From the NCBI GenBank assembly GCA_019115075.1, contig DXEE01000037.1:5097-69096 (forward strand): a stretch of DNA of 64,000 nt, read 5' to 3'. Positions 63,090-64,000 of the stretch are shown here, piece after piece. The first letter of the stretch is position 1; each line of letters starts with the position of its first letter. The notes below the pieces were generated by a model. That model had not been told where the DNA came from. It worked only from the letters and a program-made list of their open reading frames with translations, and searched no databases. Both the position numbers and the translations under genes were made by a program. Origin of the DNA: Candidatus Alistipes avistercoris (GTDB lineage: Bacteria; Bacteroidota; Bacteroidia; Bacteroidales; Rikenellaceae).

Positions 63090-63247
63090 TTCGTTGTTCG
63101 GGGCACGGCTCGATTGTCCGCTCCTTTCCTGCCTCGTTGGTGCAATCGACGGGGCTTTTGGTGCCTTGCGGGGATTACGGGTTTTCGGCGGAACAGGGTT
63201 TCCCGAGGATTGCAGCTCCTTCGGGTGGCATCCGGTTCCGTAATCCG

Positions 63248-64000
63248 TTATTTGGCCCCTTTGTCTTCGGCGCCCGCAGCCTCTTCGTTGCGCCGGCGTT
63301 GTTCGCGCCGGATGGCCTGGTGGATTCCGATGCAGGCCAGCCCTCCGTATGCGACGGTGAGGATCACCAGCCACTTGATCTCGGCAAAGACCTCCTGAAG
63401 CGAAGCACCCATGGTCTGTATGCGGATGAACCCGTTCACACCGTGGCTGCTCGGCAGCAGTTTGCCCAGGTTGTAGAGCCATTCGGGGATGCCCTCGCGG
63501 GGATACGAGACACCGCTGAGCATCAGCACCGGGATCGAGGTCCAGAGCAGCAGCATGAGCGAGTTCTCTCGGTAGCGGAACAGTGTCGATACGGCGATGC
63601 CCATGGCGATGCAGGCCACAACGTAGAGCGCCGTGAAGAGCGCCACGGCAACCGGTGCGCCGTTCATCGGGAAGTGGAACATCCGGTAGTGGAACGTGAG
63701 GATGTAGGTGCAGGTCAGGGCGTAGATCACGGCGTAGACCAGCCCGCGGCCGAGTACGATCGGCAGCGACGACATGCGCCGCCGCCCCTCGGGGCAGAGC
63801 TTGTAGTAGAGCCCGTGTTCGCGCCATGTTCCACCGATCATGCCGATGCCGATGAGCATCGTCTGCTGGATGATGACCATGATGATGGCCGGCATGACGA
63901 ATGTCCCGTAACCCAGATAGGGGTTGAACAGGTTGTGCGACTCATAGATGACCGGCTGCGTCACGGCCTGTGCCTGCGGGATGTTGGCCCCCTTGGCGAT
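63248..64000 (-). CDS. ABC-2 type transporter permease (5' end outside the window)
   Basis: The frame stays open to the window edge. Multiple TM helices resemble YhhJ/ABC2_membrane family permeases. Confidence 0.7.
   Translation of the reverse strand: MAKGANIPQAQAVTQPVIYESHNLFNPYLGYGTFVMPAIIMVIIQQTMLIGIGMIGGTWREHGLYYKLCPEGRRRMSSLPIVLGRGLVYAVIYALTCTYILTFHYRMFHFPMNGAPVAVALFTALYVVACIAMGIAVSTLFRYRENSLMLLLWTSIPVLMLSGVSYPREGIPEWLYNLGKLLPSSHGVNGFIRIQTMGASLQEVFAEIKWLVILTVAYGGLACIGIHQAIRREQRRRNEEAAGAEDKGAK

Overview
High-GC Bacteroidota-type chromosomal segment. This is an inference from a UpxY-type NusG paralog, repeated TAnnTTTG promoter boxes and the lipoprotein/outer-membrane gene content; it looks Rikenellaceae/Alistipes-like, but no search was run. 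There are three parts.

(1) 1-9.1 kb: end of atpG, an EmrAB-like HlyD+MFS pair, nrdD-nrdG behind a clear cobalamin riboswitch, two lipoproteins and an MscS channel.

(2) 9.2-42.9 kb, entirely on the minus strand: a polysaccharide region that by eye is more AT-rich than the flanks (not computed). It starts at tRNA-Gly(CCC) and a tyrosine recombinase. Next comes an AT-rich segment bracketed by inverted copies of GTCTCCTAAAAGGAGAC. Then follows a UpxY-led Wzx/Wzy operon: flippase, FrhB-like FeS protein + pyruvyl transferase, eight glycosyltransferases, a Wzy-like polymerase, a 5x helix-turn-helix repeat protein and the initiating sugar transferase. This operon runs without a break into a PqqD / nucleotidyltransferase / HprK-like kinase trio. 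After that come a Wza-Wzc pair, a 59-codon acidic ORF, a fimbrillin-like::PI-PLC lipoprotein, OmpA, and a translationally coupled S24 peptidase + ABC exporter ending at a strong terminator. A second, separately transcribed Wza-Wzc-PHP-phosphatase unit follows.

(3) 43-64 kb: housekeeping genes (fadD-like, lepA, lysA, EamA, TrpB2, pheT, GH20, mazG, gamma-CA), a LytS/LytTR two-component pair, a Spy/DUF4890-like protein, a large OM beta-barrel protein and a partial ABC-2 permease.

No rRNA, CRISPR array, IS element or transposase was seen.

The most interesting signal is the RiPP-like peptide-recognition/kinase/protease/exporter gene set wired into a capsule export locus, with no recognisable cyclase or core-modifying enzyme. 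Other leads:
- a candidate invertible promoter next to the recombinase
- the embedded 5xHTH protein
- a WWW-codon leader upstream of trpB2
- a Rho-type OB domain inside a LytS-family sensor kinase
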